Below are positions 51,214 to 61,631 of a stretch of 64,000 nucleotides of DNA, piece after piece; positions within the stretch are counted from its first letter, which is position 1, and each line of letters starts with the position of its first letter. A program made the position numbers and the translations under genes. The DNA comes from an uncultured Actinomycetota bacterium. Its GTDB lineage: Bacteria; Actinomycetota; Humimicrobiia; Humimicrobiales; Humimicrobiaceae. The notes beneath the pieces were generated by a model. That model had not been told where the DNA came from. It searched no databases and saw only the letters and a list, made by a program, of their open reading frames with translations. The stretch lies in contig CAZBSE010000002.1 in NCBI GenBank assembly GCA_964494385.1, positions 1,597-65,596 of the forward strand, written 5' to 3'.

Positions 51214-52803
51214 TTAATAAAGAGTTACAATTTTGATATTTTTAAAACCAGAAAACTTTTTGAAATCTTTTAACATTTCAGGAGTTACTTCATTATCCAG
51301 ATTCAGGCCCATTACAGCATCTCCGCTCATCTTCTTTCTTCCCACATGCATAGATGCAATATTTACCTTCAATCTGCCAAAAGCAGTTCCGATTTTTCCG
51401 ATTTGTCCCGGTATATCTCTGTATCTTAAAAAAGACATATATTTTGACGGGACCATATCTATCTCAAATTTATCAATTGCTATAAACCTTGGAGTGTTCT
51501 TTTTACCGGTAATGGTACCTGAAATGGAAAGTTCGCTATCCTTTCCTTTACCCTCCAGTGTAATAAGGTTTATAAAATCTTTTGATTCACTGCTCTTTAG
51601 GATCTTTACCTTAAGGCCCATCTCTCTCGTTATCAGATCAACATTTACCAGATTGACATTTTCCGCTGAGTACCTTTCCAGTATTTTTACCAGTATCATA
51701 GAAGTTAGAATCCTTACATCATATTCAGATACTTTTCCGTAATAACCTATCTTTAGACTATCCAGATTTCCTTCAAATATATTTATAAACAAGCTGCCCA
51801 GATTTTCACACAATTCGAAGAAAGGTTGTAAAATTTCCATCAGTTCCGATCTTATTGCCGGCGCATTCACCGGAAAGGCCGCTGTCCTTCCATTCAGGAC
51901 ATCTATCACCTGATCTGCTATTACAATACCTGCCCTGTTCTGCGCTTCCGCAGTTGAGGCTCCCAGATGCGGTGTACATATGGATTCCTCAAGTTTAAAT
52001 ACGGGAGAATCAATACATGGCTCCTTCTCGTAAACATCCAGTGCCGCTCCGCCTATCTGGCCTTCTTCAATGGATTCAGCAAGATCCTTTTCCACTACTA
52101 TTCCGCCCCTGGCCACGTTCAGTATCATAGTTCCCTTTTTCATTTTAAAAAACTCTTTTTTATCAAACATTCCCAGGGTATTTTTATTTTTAGGCAAATG
52201 TATGGAAATAAAATCGGCTTCCCTGTACACATCTTCCAGCTTGTCTGCCTTTTTTATTTCCAGCTGCTTGAATCTATCTTCGGATACAAAGGGGTCATAC
52301 ACAATTACCTTCATACCCAGTCCTATGATTTTCTTAGCAACCAGACCTCCTATCTGTCCGAAGCCTACAATTCCCAGTGTTTTACCCTCCAGTTCAATAC
52401 CCTTGAATTTTGATTTTTCCCATTTTTTATTTTTAAGAGAAAAATTAGCCTGGGGAATTTTTCTGGCCAGAGAAAGCATAAGGGCCAGAGTATGCTCTGC
52501 CACGGTAACTGCATTGCTGGCTGGTGCATTTACCACTATAATACCTTTCTTGGTAGCTGCCGAAACATCTATATTGTCGACTCCTATACCTGCTCTTCCG
52601 ATAATTTCCAGCCTGTCGGCATCCTCGATAATATCAGCTGTAAGTTTTGTGGCACTTCTGATTATGATGGCGCTGGCACCTTTAATATCCTTCTTTAATT
52701 TCTCGGGAGTCAGACCCTTTCTCTCCTTTATCGTAAACTGAGTCTCCAATTTTTTTCTGGCTTCGGCTGAAATACCATCTGTAATCAATATTGTTTTATT
52801 CAT
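51214..52803 (-). CDS. serA: D-3-phosphoglycerate dehydrogenase (type I, with ASB and ACT domains)
   Basis: 529 aa with a 2-hydroxyacid DH core (GIVGFGQIGGLVA, catalytic CTPHLGAST) and a C-terminal ACT regulatory domain. Confidence 0.9.
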   Translation of the reverse strand: MNKTILITDGISAEARKKLETQFTIKERKGLTPEKLKKDIKGASAIIIRSATKLTADIIEDADRLEIIGRAGIGVDNIDVSAATKKGIIVVNAPASNAVTVAEHTLALMLSLARKIPQANFSLKNKKWEKSKFKGIELEGKTLGIVGFGQIGGLVAKKIIGLGMKVIVYDPFVSEDRFKQLEIKKADKLEDVYREADFISIHLPKNKNTLGMFDKKEFFKMKKGTMILNVARGGIVVEKDLAESIEEGQIGGAALDVYEKEPCIDSPVFKLEESICTPHLGASTAEAQNRAGIVIADQVIDVLNGRTAAFPVNAPAIRSELMEILQPFFELCENLGSLFINIFEGNLDSLKIGYYGKVSEYDVRILTSMILVKILERYSAENVNLVNVDLITREMGLKVKILKSSESKDFINLITLEGKGKDSELSISGTITGKKNTPRFIAIDKFEIDMVPSKYMSFLRYRDIPGQIGKIGTAFGRLKVNIASMHVGRKKMSGDAVMGLNLDNEVTPEMLKDFKKFSGFKNIKIVTLY

Positions 52804-52816
52804 CTTCTACCCTTAT

Positions 52817-53983
52817 CTAATCATTTAAATAATTATTTTTTATAAAAATTTTTTCCGCCTCTGCGGTGCCTGCTCCAAATTCAAATTTATATCCAAGCTC
52901 GTTTAAAGCAATCTCCAGTGCTGCCACTGCTATAATGGTATCAAAAATTCCGAAATATCCCAGATTTCCAATTCTTATGATCTTCCCTGCCACTTTTCCC
53001 TGTCCCCCGGCAATGGTGACCCCGTACTTTACTCTCATAATCCGTGTTAGTTCCTTGGCATTAACTCCATCGGGAATCATAACAGACGTTACCGAAAAGC
53101 CTCTTTTGTTTTCATCTTTTACAAAAAGCTTCAGCCCCAATTTTTCTACTGCCTTCTGTGTTGCCAGTGCCAGTACCCGGTGCCTTCCAAATACTTTCTC
53201 CAGACTTTCTTCAAATAGCATATCGAGAGCCTTATTTAAGGCCACAACTATGGATATTCCAGGTGTCCATGGTGTCTGGGGAGGTGTTTTCTGTGAATAA
53301 TCCTTAGCCGCAGCAAGGTCAAAATAAAAACAGGGAATATCTGATTTTTCATTAAATTTCCATGCTTTTTCGCTTACACTTATGAATGCAACTCCTGTCG
53401 GGGCACTTAATCCTTTCTGGGACCCTCCGATCACAATGTCCAGACCCCACTCGTCTGTCCTCAAATCCGATGCTACCAGACCGCTTATTGCATCCACGAT
53501 AAGAATTGCGGGATAACTTTTTACAATATTGCCTATGGCTTTTATATCATTTATGGCACCGGTCGATGTTTCACTGAATTGAACCATTACTCCCTTAATA
53601 TCAGGTTCGTCATCAAGGGCTTTTTTAATATCTTCGGGATTAGCTGCATCTCCCCACTCATAATCAAGTGAAATAACCTCCAGACCGAACATGCTGCTGA
53701 TCTTCTTAAATCTTTCTCCAAAGTTTCCAATACTTGCCACCAGTACCTTATCCCCTCTGGAAAAAAAGTTTGTTACTCCCGCTTCCATAGCGCCCGTTCC
53801 CGAAGAAGTGAGTATAAAAATATCATTTTTAGTTTTAAAAAGTTTTTTTAACTTTTCGGTTACCTCCATAAATACTTTCGAAAACTCCGGAGACCGGTGG
53901 TGCATAAGAGGCTTTGCATGCTCCATAAGCACCTCTTCAGATATAGGTGTAGGTCCCGGAGTCATTATATATTTTTTGATCAT
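52817..53983 (-). CDS. serC: Class-V aminotransferase, probably phosphoserine aminotransferase (archaeal/AGXT-type SerC)
   Basis: 388 aa starting MTPGPTPISEEVL, with a PLP-Lys region SQKGLSAPTG. Lies adjacent to serA. The substrate assignment is an inference. Confidence 0.7.
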   Translation of the reverse strand: MIKKYIMTPGPTPISEEVLMEHAKPLMHHRSPEFSKVFMEVTEKLKKLFKTKNDIFILTSSGTGAMEAGVTNFFSRGDKVLVASIGNFGERFKKISSMFGLEVISLDYEWGDAANPEDIKKALDDEPDIKGVMVQFSETSTGAINDIKAIGNIVKSYPAILIVDAISGLVASDLRTDEWGLDIVIGGSQKGLSAPTGVAFISVSEKAWKFNEKSDIPCFYFDLAAAKDYSQKTPPQTPWTPGISIVVALNKALDMLFEESLEKVFGRHRVLALATQKAVEKLGLKLFVKDENKRGFSVTSVMIPDGVNAKELTRIMRVKYGVTIAGGQGKVAGKIIRIGNLGYFGIFDTIIAVAALEIALNELGYKFEFGAGTAEAEKIFIKNNYLND

Positions 53984-54048
53984 TTTGATTGCCCCTTTCG
54001 AACAATTTTATAATGAACATACTTTATTAATATATAATCCTATGCAAA

Positions 54049-54531
54049 TTAATTTTTACTGCCCCTGGTGCAGGCAATTTTACCGGTTCTAACCAGTTCA
54101 AGTATACCAAAAGGTCTGAGCAAATCTTCCAGTGCCTTTACCTTTCTGCTGTTCCCCGTAATTTCAATCATTAAAGTTTTTTTGGCTACATCCACTATAT
54201 TTGCCCGGAAAACACTCACTATTTCCAGTATTTCGGGCCTGGTTTTAGAATCGGCACTTACTTTTATAAGAACCAGTTCCCTTTCTACAATATTTAAGGG
54301 ATTCAGCTCCTGGATCTTTATTACATTTATTAGTTTGTAGAGCTGTTTTATGATCTGTTCAATACTATGCTTTTCCGCATTCACTTCCAGGGTAACCCTT
54401 GAAATTTTCTCATCATCGGTAGTGCCGACTGCCAGACTTTCGATGTTAAAGCCTCTTCTGCTGAAAAGTCCGGATATCTTTGCCAATACACCCGATTTAT
54501 TCTCGACTAAAACTGAAATAATATGATTCAT
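54049..54531 (-). CDS. ilvN: Acetolactate synthase small (regulatory) subunit
   Basis: 160 aa with N-terminal ACT (ISVLVENKSGVLAKISGLFSRRGFNIESL). Confidence 0.9.
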   Translation of the reverse strand: MNHIISVLVENKSGVLAKISGLFSRRGFNIESLAVGTTDDEKISRVTLEVNAEKHSIEQIIKQLYKLINVIKIQELNPLNIVERELVLIKVSADSKTRPEILEIVSVFRANIVDVAKKTLMIEITGNSRKVKALEDLLRPFGILELVRTGKIACTRGSKN

Positions 54532-54549
54532 AATACCACCCGTTATTCT

Positions 54550-56244
54550 CTATACACTTTCTAACATTTCACTTATTGAAGAATTCGGTGCTACCATAGG
54601 ATAGACATTTTCTTCCCTGTCTATCCAGAAATCTACAAGCACCAGATTATTTATCTCAAGGGCTTTCTTTATGGCGTCTTCAACTTCATCCTTTTTCTTA
54701 ACCCTTAAGCCAACACCACCGTATGCTTCCACCAATTTTACGAAATCAACACAATTATAAATACAGGTCTGTGAATATCTCTTGTTCCAGAAAAATTCCT
54801 GCCATTGCCTAACCATCCCCAGGTATCCGTTATTCAGCAGCATGATTTTTACCGCTACTTTATTGGTAACTGCGGTTGAAAGTTCCTGGGATACCATCTG
54901 TATACTGCCATCGCCTGATATATCTATTACTGTTTTATCCGATCTGCCTATTTTTGCCCCGATGGATGCCGGAAGACCAAATCCCATAGTACCCAGTCCC
55001 CCTGAAGAAACCAGTGTTCTTGGTTTGGTAAATTTATAAAACTGAGCCGCCCACATCTGATTCTGACCTACTTCTGTACAGATAATGGCATCGCCTTTGG
55101 TAAGCTCATATATCTTCTCTACTACATAGGCTGGTTTAACTTTACTGGATTTCCTGTCATATTTAAGTGGATAATCTTCCTTTAGTTTTTTAATTCTTGA
55201 CAGCCATTCTTTCCTATCCGGGATTCCTTTCTTCTTAGTATATTTTTCATATTCGCTCAACAGATCCGTAAGAACAATTTTCGCATCCCCCACAATAGGA
55301 ACCAGCACTTTTATATTCTTCCCGATTTCTGCCGGATCAATATCTATATGAACTACATCAGCCTCCGGTGCAAATTCCGATAACTTGCCCGTAACCCTGT
55401 CATCAAATCTTACCCCTACTGCGATTATAAGATCTGTTTCGGTAAATGCCAGATTTGCATATTTGGTTCCATGCATACCTGCCATTTTTAAAGACAGCTG
55501 ATCGGTTTCGGGAAATGAGCCCATTCCCAAAAGTGAGGTAATAACCGGAATCTTCGCCGCCTTTACAAATTTTCTTAAAATATCACTTGCCCCTGAAGAT
55601 ATTATTCCTCCGCCTGCAAAAATTATGGGTTTCTTACTTTCGGCTATTATTTTAACTGCCTGTTTAACCTGTTTGAGATTCCCTTTGAGTGTAGGTTTAT
55701 ACCCGGGCAGGTTTATATCCACTTTGAAGTTCTCGTCTATTAATTCAGTTGTAATGTCAACAGGAATGTCAATTAAAACCGGTCCCGGTCTACCGGTAGA
55801 TGCTACCCTGAAAGCCTCTTTTATTATTCTGGGTAAATCCTCTATAGTCTTTACCAGATAATTATGCTTGGTTATGGGTGCCGCTATACCGGTTATATCC
55901 GCTTCCTGGAATGCATCGGTACCAATTTGGGCCGTACTTACCTGTCCGGTTATAGCCACCATTGGTATTGAATCCATATGGGCATTGGCTATACCGGTAA
56001 CCAGATTAGTCCCTCCGGGTCCTGATGTGGCAATACAGACTCCTGTTTTTCCGGTTACCCTGGCATAACCATCCGCAGCATGTGCCGCTCCCTGTTCATG
56101 TCTTACCAGTATATGCCTTATATCACTGTCAAATAATGCATCATACAAGGGTATTACTTTACCGCCGGGATAGCCAAATACTACGTCCACTCCTTCTTCT
56201 TTTAAACATTTTACTATCATTTGAGCTCCGGTTATTTTACTCAT
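54550..56244 (-). CDS. ilvB: Acetolactate synthase large subunit
   Basis: 564 aa ThDP enzyme with GDGSIQM in the TPP-binding motif. Confidence 0.9.
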   Translation of the reverse strand: MSKITGAQMIVKCLKEEGVDVVFGYPGGKVIPLYDALFDSDIRHILVRHEQGAAHAADGYARVTGKTGVCIATSGPGGTNLVTGIANAHMDSIPMVAITGQVSTAQIGTDAFQEADITGIAAPITKHNYLVKTIEDLPRIIKEAFRVASTGRPGPVLIDIPVDITTELIDENFKVDINLPGYKPTLKGNLKQVKQAVKIIAESKKPIIFAGGGIISSGASDILRKFVKAAKIPVITSLLGMGSFPETDQLSLKMAGMHGTKYANLAFTETDLIIAVGVRFDDRVTGKLSEFAPEADVVHIDIDPAEIGKNIKVLVPIVGDAKIVLTDLLSEYEKYTKKKGIPDRKEWLSRIKKLKEDYPLKYDRKSSKVKPAYVVEKIYELTKGDAIICTEVGQNQMWAAQFYKFTKPRTLVSSGGLGTMGFGLPASIGAKIGRSDKTVIDISGDGSIQMVSQELSTAVTNKVAVKIMLLNNGYLGMVRQWQEFFWNKRYSQTCIYNCVDFVKLVEAYGGVGLRVKKKDEVEDAIKKALEINNLVLVDFWIDREENVYPMVAPNSSISEMLESV

Positions 56245-56348
56245 AATTTTACCCCCTGTATTTGTAACAACTTTATAACACTTGAATGATTTGATAATTA
56301 TATCATTTTTCTTTTTATTTTTTAAAAATAAAATTTATTCCTATTCGA

Positions 56349-58007
56349 TTATTCCAATACTGCTCCTCTGGCTGCAGAAGTTACCATCTTTGAATATCTT
56401 GCAAGATAACCTTCTTTTATTTTTATATCCGGAGGACTCCATTTTTCCATTCTCTCTTTTAATTCTTCCTCCCCTATCAGCAGATTTATTTTATTTTCAG
56501 GTATATTTATCTCTATAGTATCCCCTTCCTCTACAATAGCAATAGGACCGCCTGCCTGAGCTTCCGGAGACACGTGGCCTATTGATGCTCCCCTGGTTGC
56601 TCCTGAAAATCTCCCGTCTGTAATTAAAGCAACTTCTTTATCCAATCCGATCCCTGCTATAGCCGATGTCGGTGCCAGCATTTCTCTCATCCCCGGTCCG
56701 CCTTTGGGACCTTCATATCTTATTACTACTACTTCTCCCGAATTTATCTTTCCGTTTATTATGGCTTCCTGGGAATCCTCCTCGCTGTTAAATACCCTGG
56801 CTCTTCCCTTATGATAATACATGGAAGGATCTACGGCCGATCTCTTGACCACACATCCCTCCGGAGCAAGGTTGCCCCACAAGACGGCAATGCCTCCGTC
56901 TTTGGTATATGGATCCGAAACTTCTCTTATAACTTTTTTATCCAGAATCTCGGAACCGGAAATATTTTCCCTTACCTTTTTACCACTGACAGTGACTGCA
57001 TCACCATTAATCAATCCATTTTTAAAAAGTTCATTCATTACTGCTTCAACTCCGCCCGCTCCGTACAGATCCTGGAGATGATAATCGCCGGCGGGACTTA
57101 GTCTGCATAAATTGGGTGTTCTGCTGCTTATTTCATTTACCATTTCCAGCGAAAAATTAACCTTGGCTTCATTTGCAATAGCCGGCAGATGCAGGATAGT
57201 GTTAGTCGAACAACCAAGCGCCATATCAACTGCAAGTGCATTTTTAACCGAATCAAAGGTTACTATATCTCTTGGTTTAATATCACTATTGACAAGATCC
57301 ATAATTTTCATTCCTGCTACCTTGGCCAGTCTTAATCTTTTGGAATAGACTGCAGGAACAGTGCCATTCCCCTTCAGAGCTATTCCTATTGCTTCCGAAA
57401 GGCAATTCATTGAATTAGCAGTAAACATGCCCGAACAGCTTCCACAGGTAGGACAGGCTTCTTCCTCTATTTCCTTCAAATCTTTTTCAGTATATTCACC
57501 TTTTTTATATTTTCCGATAGCTTCATAGCAGGTGCTGTAATCAATATCCTGATTCCTGAACTTTCCTGCCAACATTGGTCCGCCGCTTACTACAATAGAA
57601 GGAATATTCAATCTGAGCGCTGCCATAATCATTCCTGGTACGATTTTATCACAGCAGGTGACCAGGACCAGTCCGTCAAAAGAATGCGCCATGGATACAG
57701 CTTCTATGCTGTCTGCTATTATTTCCCTGGTGGCAAGAGAATATTTCATGCCTATATGATTCATAGCCACACCATCGCACACCCCTATCGTTGAAAATTC
57801 CTGAGGTGTACCTCCGGCCATCCTGATTCCCGCTTTTACCGCTCCGGCTATACTTTTAAGATGCATATGGCCCGGTATCAATTCATTTGCCGAATTTACC
57901 ACGCCAATTATGGGTCTGCCTATTTCTTCATCTGTATATCCCAAAGATTTAAAAATCGAACGGTGGGGTAGTCTAGCAACCCCTTTTTTTACATTATCAC
58001 TTCTCAA
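56349..58007 (-). CDS. ilvD: Dihydroxy-acid dehydratase
   Basis: 552 aa ILVD/EDD protein with CDKIVPG and [15 protein letters not shown] motifs. The start codon is TTG. Confidence 0.95.
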   Translation of the reverse strand: MRSDNVKKGVARLPHRSIFKSLGYTDEEIGRPIIGVVNSANELIPGHMHLKSIAGAVKAGIRMAGGTPQEFSTIGVCDGVAMNHIGMKYSLATREIIADSIEAVSMAHSFDGLVLVTCCDKIVPGMIMAALRLNIPSIVVSGGPMLAGKFRNQDIDYSTCYEAIGKYKKGEYTEKDLKEIEEEACPTCGSCSGMFTANSMNCLSEAIGIALKGNGTVPAVYSKRLRLAKVAGMKIMDLVNSDIKPRDIVTFDSVKNALAVDMALGCSTNTILHLPAIANEAKVNFSLEMVNEISSRTPNLCRLSPAGDYHLQDLYGAGGVEAVMNELFKNGLINGDAVTVSGKKVRENISGSEILDKKVIREVSDPYTKDGGIAVLWGNLAPEGCVVKRSAVDPSMYYHKGRARVFNSEEDSQEAIINGKINSGEVVVIRYEGPKGGPGMREMLAPTSAIAGIGLDKEVALITDGRFSGATRGASIGHVSPEAQAGGPIAIVEEGDTIEINIPENKINLLIGEEELKERMEKWSPPDIKIKEGYLARYSKMVTSAARGAVLE

Positions 58008-58131
58008 TTTTTCTCCCCTCTTAAGAATTTATTTTTAAAATATTATAATTTTACAACATAGCTTTATCTCTAAATACTGATAAAAGAATTACAGGATTAA
58101 AAACTTTGGTAAAGCAGCAATCATCCTGAAA

Positions 58132-58329
58132 TTAGGATAGAATACCGACCAGGACTAGAAGACAGATTAACACTATTAGAATACATGAGGAAAGACCGGC
58201 AATATAAATATTACCGCCTGAAAAAGCTTTTAAAAGCCCATTTTTATTTTTTGTAAAAAAAATATCTTTTCCTGTATTCATATAACTCATTGAATATTTA
58301 TTTGATAAAACATAATAACATATAAACAT
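58132..58329 (-). CDS. Small ORF ending in a run composed almost exclusively of Ile/Leu/Val (SSCILIVLICLLVLVGILS-stop), directly upstream of ilvD. Candidate attenuation leader peptide; alternatively a small single-TM protein.
   Basis: 65-aa ORF in the 424-bp leader of the ilv-ser-leu operon. Fourteen of its last 16 codons are I/L/V. On the minus-strand RNA, mutually exclusive hairpins (AUCCU/AGGAU overlapping the stop codon, versus CAGGAU...AUCCUG followed by UAAUUCUUUUAU) lie between its stop and ilvD. Confidence 0.35.
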   Translation of the reverse strand: MFICYYVLSNKYSMSYMNTGKDIFFTKNKNGLLKAFSGGNIYIAGLSSCILIVLICLLVLVGILS

Positions 58330-58338
58330 TGCTAAAAC

Positions 58339-58380
58339 AATTAAAAAATAAGGGTTCGAACCTGTTGTAGCCCGAACCCT
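58339..58380 (-). terminator. Rho-independent terminator for the protease gene: stem AGGGTTCG/CGAACCCT around a 14-nt loop, followed on the minus strand by a UAUUUUUUAAUU tract
   Basis: Inverted repeat read from the sequence, about 50 bp past the stop of the 58432-59559 gene. Confidence 0.6.
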
Positions 58381-58431
58381 TGTTTTATATATCCCGCGAT
58401 CCTTAACATTCCGCTCCGGAAGCTCCAGTAC

Positions 58432-59559
58432 TTATTCTATTATGGTAATCTTGGTTCCTTCCCTGAATGAAGCTTCTTCTCCGCTATTGATCGCTTCCTG
58501 GGCTTTTGACCTGTATTCCTGGGCCAGAATATGCCTCTGATTTAAATTCAGTACGGCATTGAAATGCTCAATAGCCTTAGAATAATACTTTAACCTGTAC
58601 ATTGTCATACCAAGCTTGAATTCTTCATCTACCACTCCCAGTTTGTTGGTGACACCATTTTTATTTAAAATATCCTTTACATCATTGCTGGGTCTTAGAT
58701 AATTATTGGTCTCATCCGTAACCATGGTAAGTATTCCCACTACCTGGCCGTTTGAATTTAACACAGGTCCTCCGCTGTTTCCCGGTCTTGCATCTCCCTG
58801 AACCTGAAGTACTTCCGTACCGCCAAGCATCAGTTTGCCGCTTATATTACCGTTGGTTATGGTAGGATTCATTATATTTTCCTGACCGATATCAGAAGTC
58901 CATGGATACCCTATAATGGTAAGATTATCCTGTACTTCTACCATTGAAGAATCACCGACAATTACACTTGAAAGAGCTTTTCCGGTTTGCGGCTGAATTT
59001 TTAAAAGGGCGATATCCCTCTGGTCCCAGCCGCTGTAATCTATTACTTCCGATCTTATAAAAGTCTCATCATCCTGTGGATTATCCGGTATTCCTCCACT
59101 GGCATTATTAAACTGAACATAGACTTCCCTATCATATGGACCGCCGTCGTAACCTTCGACCTTTACATTTTCATAGGCCCAATTCCAATCATCTTCCGTC
59201 CAATCATCAAGGTTATATTCATCCGTTAGATAGGTGTATATCAGATCATATCTAAAATCCGCCTCGCTAATCTCCACCATATGACCCGCAGTTATTATAT
59301 GCCCCGTGTCAGGATTTACACAAAATCCGGTTCCTGCAAAAGCCCAGTAATAAGCGGTGCTCCATACGTTTTCCCATGGATCCAGGACATAACCCCAATA
59401 ATAAGTGGTTATAAAACATACAGAAGGCTGAGTCAAAATGACCTTATCCTGAGCGGTAAGTTCATATGATACTTCTCTGGTACATCCAAAGCCCGCCATA
59501 CTGACTATGAGCACTATAATAAAACAGAAGATAAACAGCCTATAAGCCTTTTTCATCAT
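58432..59559 (-). CDS. Secreted trypsin-like serine protease (S1 family) lipoprotein with a C-terminal TPR-like segment
   Basis: 375 aa with signal peptide and lipobox (GFGC), catalytic-triad context (HMVE...D...GNSGGPVL) and a C-terminal helical repeat. Confidence 0.8.
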   Translation of the reverse strand: MMKKAYRLFIFCFIIVLIVSMAGFGCTREVSYELTAQDKVILTQPSVCFITTYYWGYVLDPWENVWSTAYYWAFAGTGFCVNPDTGHIITAGHMVEISEADFRYDLIYTYLTDEYNLDDWTEDDWNWAYENVKVEGYDGGPYDREVYVQFNNASGGIPDNPQDDETFIRSEVIDYSGWDQRDIALLKIQPQTGKALSSVIVGDSSMVEVQDNLTIIGYPWTSDIGQENIMNPTITNGNISGKLMLGGTEVLQVQGDARPGNSGGPVLNSNGQVVGILTMVTDETNNYLRPSNDVKDILNKNGVTNKLGVVDEEFKLGMTMYRLKYYSKAIEHFNAVLNLNQRHILAQEYRSKAQEAINSGEEASFREGTKITIIE

Positions 59560-59724
59560 TTCTACCCCATCTTTCTTATCTTAAAAATTATTATACTTTA
59601 TATATATATTAATTATATTTTGTTTTCCCCAGTTAGTCAATAAATATATTAAAACATTATTATATATTTAGTAATACTTATTATAATTTAATTTTATATA
59701 AATTTATATAAAAAATTAGAAAAT

Positions 59725-60855
59725 TTATGCTTTATTTAAGAATTTTTCATAATACTTTAAATATTTTGGCACTATTAACCTGCTGTCAAAAAATTTTGCC
59801 CTTTTTCTTGCTTCATGGCCCATTTCTGTTCTGGTATCTTTGCAGCTTAATATCCTGACTGCCGCCTCAACCATAGAATTAATATCTTCCGGGTCAAAAA
59901 TGAAACCTGACTTCCCGTGTTCAACCACTTCTTTAAGCCCTCCGATACTTGTTCCTATTACGGGAACTTCACAGCTTAAAGCTTCCAGTGCCGAGAGCCC
60001 AAAGCCCTCGCTTTTTGAGGGCAGCATATACAGGTCGCTTATATTAAGAAGCGGTATTATATTTTCCTGTATTCCCATAAATATTACTTTACCTTTAAGA
60101 TTCAAATCGCTTACCATATTTCTGATCTTGCACATATCGGGGCCATCTCCTACAAGCACCAATTTACCTTTTACCTGCTTGCTGACCTCATTAAATACTT
60201 TTATAATATTGTCAATTCTCTTTACCGGCCTGAAATTGGAAATATGCATAACTACTTTATCATCATTATCGATAAAATCTATATTTCTTCTGTTTTTATA
60301 TGTCCTGTCTGCCCTCTTATATTTTTCGGTATCGACAAAATTATAAATTACCTCCATTTTCTTATCTATATTAAAAATCTTTTTTGTGGTCTCCTTAAGA
60401 TAATCTGAAACACAGGTGACACCGTCACTTTGCTCTATACTGAATTTTGTTATTCTGTAGAAAGACTGATGATTTCCCACCAGTGTAATATCGGTACCGT
60501 GCAGCGTGGTCACAAATATATTTTTATCAATTCCTATTATTTTTTTTGCCAGATATGCTGAAGCCGCATGGGGCATTGCATAATGTACATGGAGGATATC
60601 CAGATTCTCAGATTCTATAATTTCAGCCATTTTAGCGCTCAGGGACAGGCTGTAGGGGGGGTATTTGAACAAAGGGTAACGCAGCATTTCAACTTCATGG
60701 AAGAAAATATTTTTATAAAACCTATTCAGCTTAAATGGCAGTCCGTAGCTTATAAAATGCACGCCATGGCCTTTTTTAGCCATTTCTATACCCAATTCCG
60801 CAGCTACAGCTCCACTGCCGCCAAAAGTTGGGTAACAGGTTATTCCTATATTCAT
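59725..60855 (-). CDS. bshA: N-acetyl-alpha-D-glucosaminyl L-malate synthase (GT4 glycosyltransferase)
   Basis: 376 aa. The N-terminal MNIGITCYPTFGGSGAVAAELGIEMAKKGHGVHFIS closely parallels the BshA signature, and the C-terminal GT4 E-x7-E region is present. Confidence 0.8.
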   Translation of the reverse strand: MNIGITCYPTFGGSGAVAAELGIEMAKKGHGVHFISYGLPFKLNRFYKNIFFHEVEMLRYPLFKYPPYSLSLSAKMAEIIESENLDILHVHYAMPHAASAYLAKKIIGIDKNIFVTTLHGTDITLVGNHQSFYRITKFSIEQSDGVTCVSDYLKETTKKIFNIDKKMEVIYNFVDTEKYKRADRTYKNRRNIDFIDNDDKVVMHISNFRPVKRIDNIIKVFNEVSKQVKGKLVLVGDGPDMCKIRNMVSDLNLKGKVIFMGIQENIIPLLNISDLYMLPSKSEGFGLSALEALSCEVPVIGTSIGGLKEVVEHGKSGFIFDPEDINSMVEAAVRILSCKDTRTEMGHEARKRAKFFDSRLIVPKYLKYYEKFLNKA

Positions 60856-60893
60856 AATATAACTTTACTGTTTGGCATTTTTAAAAATATCTG

Positions 60894-61622
60894 CTACTGC
60901 TGAATATACTCAAAGAATCTAAGCGGATCCTCGATCTTGATGCCAAACTCCATATAATATGGCTCTCCAAATTCTGATCCTACTTTCAATCCCAAACATC
61001 TGTGCCTGCTGTTAATTACATCAAAAAAATATCTGGAAGCTATATAAGTTGCCGCTTTTTTCTCATCATTAAAATAAAACTGTGATCTGTAAGCAGCCAC
61101 CGCCTCTAACTTTTTTTTATAATACCGGCTTATGTCAACTATAAAACTTGGACTGAACTCATAATGAAGCATGTAACTCAATACTATATGCGGTCTGTAG
61201 GAGTCAAGTTCGGTCTTAAATTTTTTAAGCCCTGAGATAAAAAAAGCATCTTTTAGTAATTTATAGGAGTTTTCATGATCCGGATGTCTGTCCTTCCAGA
61301 ATGGTATAAGAACAAGTTTAGGCCTGTATTCTCTTACAGAGTCTATAACCCTCAATCTGCTTCCAATATCATTCTTTATATTGGTGTCCTCCAGCTCCAG
61401 ATTATCCCGAACATCCAGACCCAGTACTTTTGATGCTTTTCTGGTTTCTTTTTCCCTGGTTCTTAAATCACCGTTAGTAGACAGCTCCGCCCTGCTGAGA
61501 TCTATTATCCCCGTTCTGTATCCTTTATCTTTTAATTTTAGAAGAAGTCCCCCACAGCCCATCTCTGCATCATCCGGGTGCGGGCTGAATGCCAGAACAT
61601 CTATTCTTTCTTTTTTGGTCAT
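60894..61622 (-). CDS. bshB: N-acetyl-alpha-D-glucosaminyl L-malate deacetylase (LmbE/PIG-L family)
   Basis: 242 aa with LAFSPHPDDAEMGCGG and HPDH metal-binding motifs. Lies directly between bshC and bshA. Confidence 0.8.
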   Translation of the reverse strand: MTKKERIDVLAFSPHPDDAEMGCGGLLLKLKDKGYRTGIIDLSRAELSTNGDLRTREKETRKASKVLGLDVRDNLELEDTNIKNDIGSRLRVIDSVREYRPKLVLIPFWKDRHPDHENSYKLLKDAFFISGLKKFKTELDSYRPHIVLSYMLHYEFSPSFIVDISRYYKKKLEAVAAYRSQFYFNDEKKAATYIASRYFFDVINSRHRCLGLKVGSEFGEPYYMEFGIKIEDPLRFFEYIQQ

Positions 61623-61631
61623 TTTCTTGCT

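Noticed and set aside
58008-58131. Searched for a T-box riboswitch in the ilvD leader
   Set aside because: No equivalent of the conserved T-box core (GGGTGGNACCGCG on the transcribed strand, CCACCC on plus) is present. The attenuator-like small ORF is the more plausible regulatory feature.
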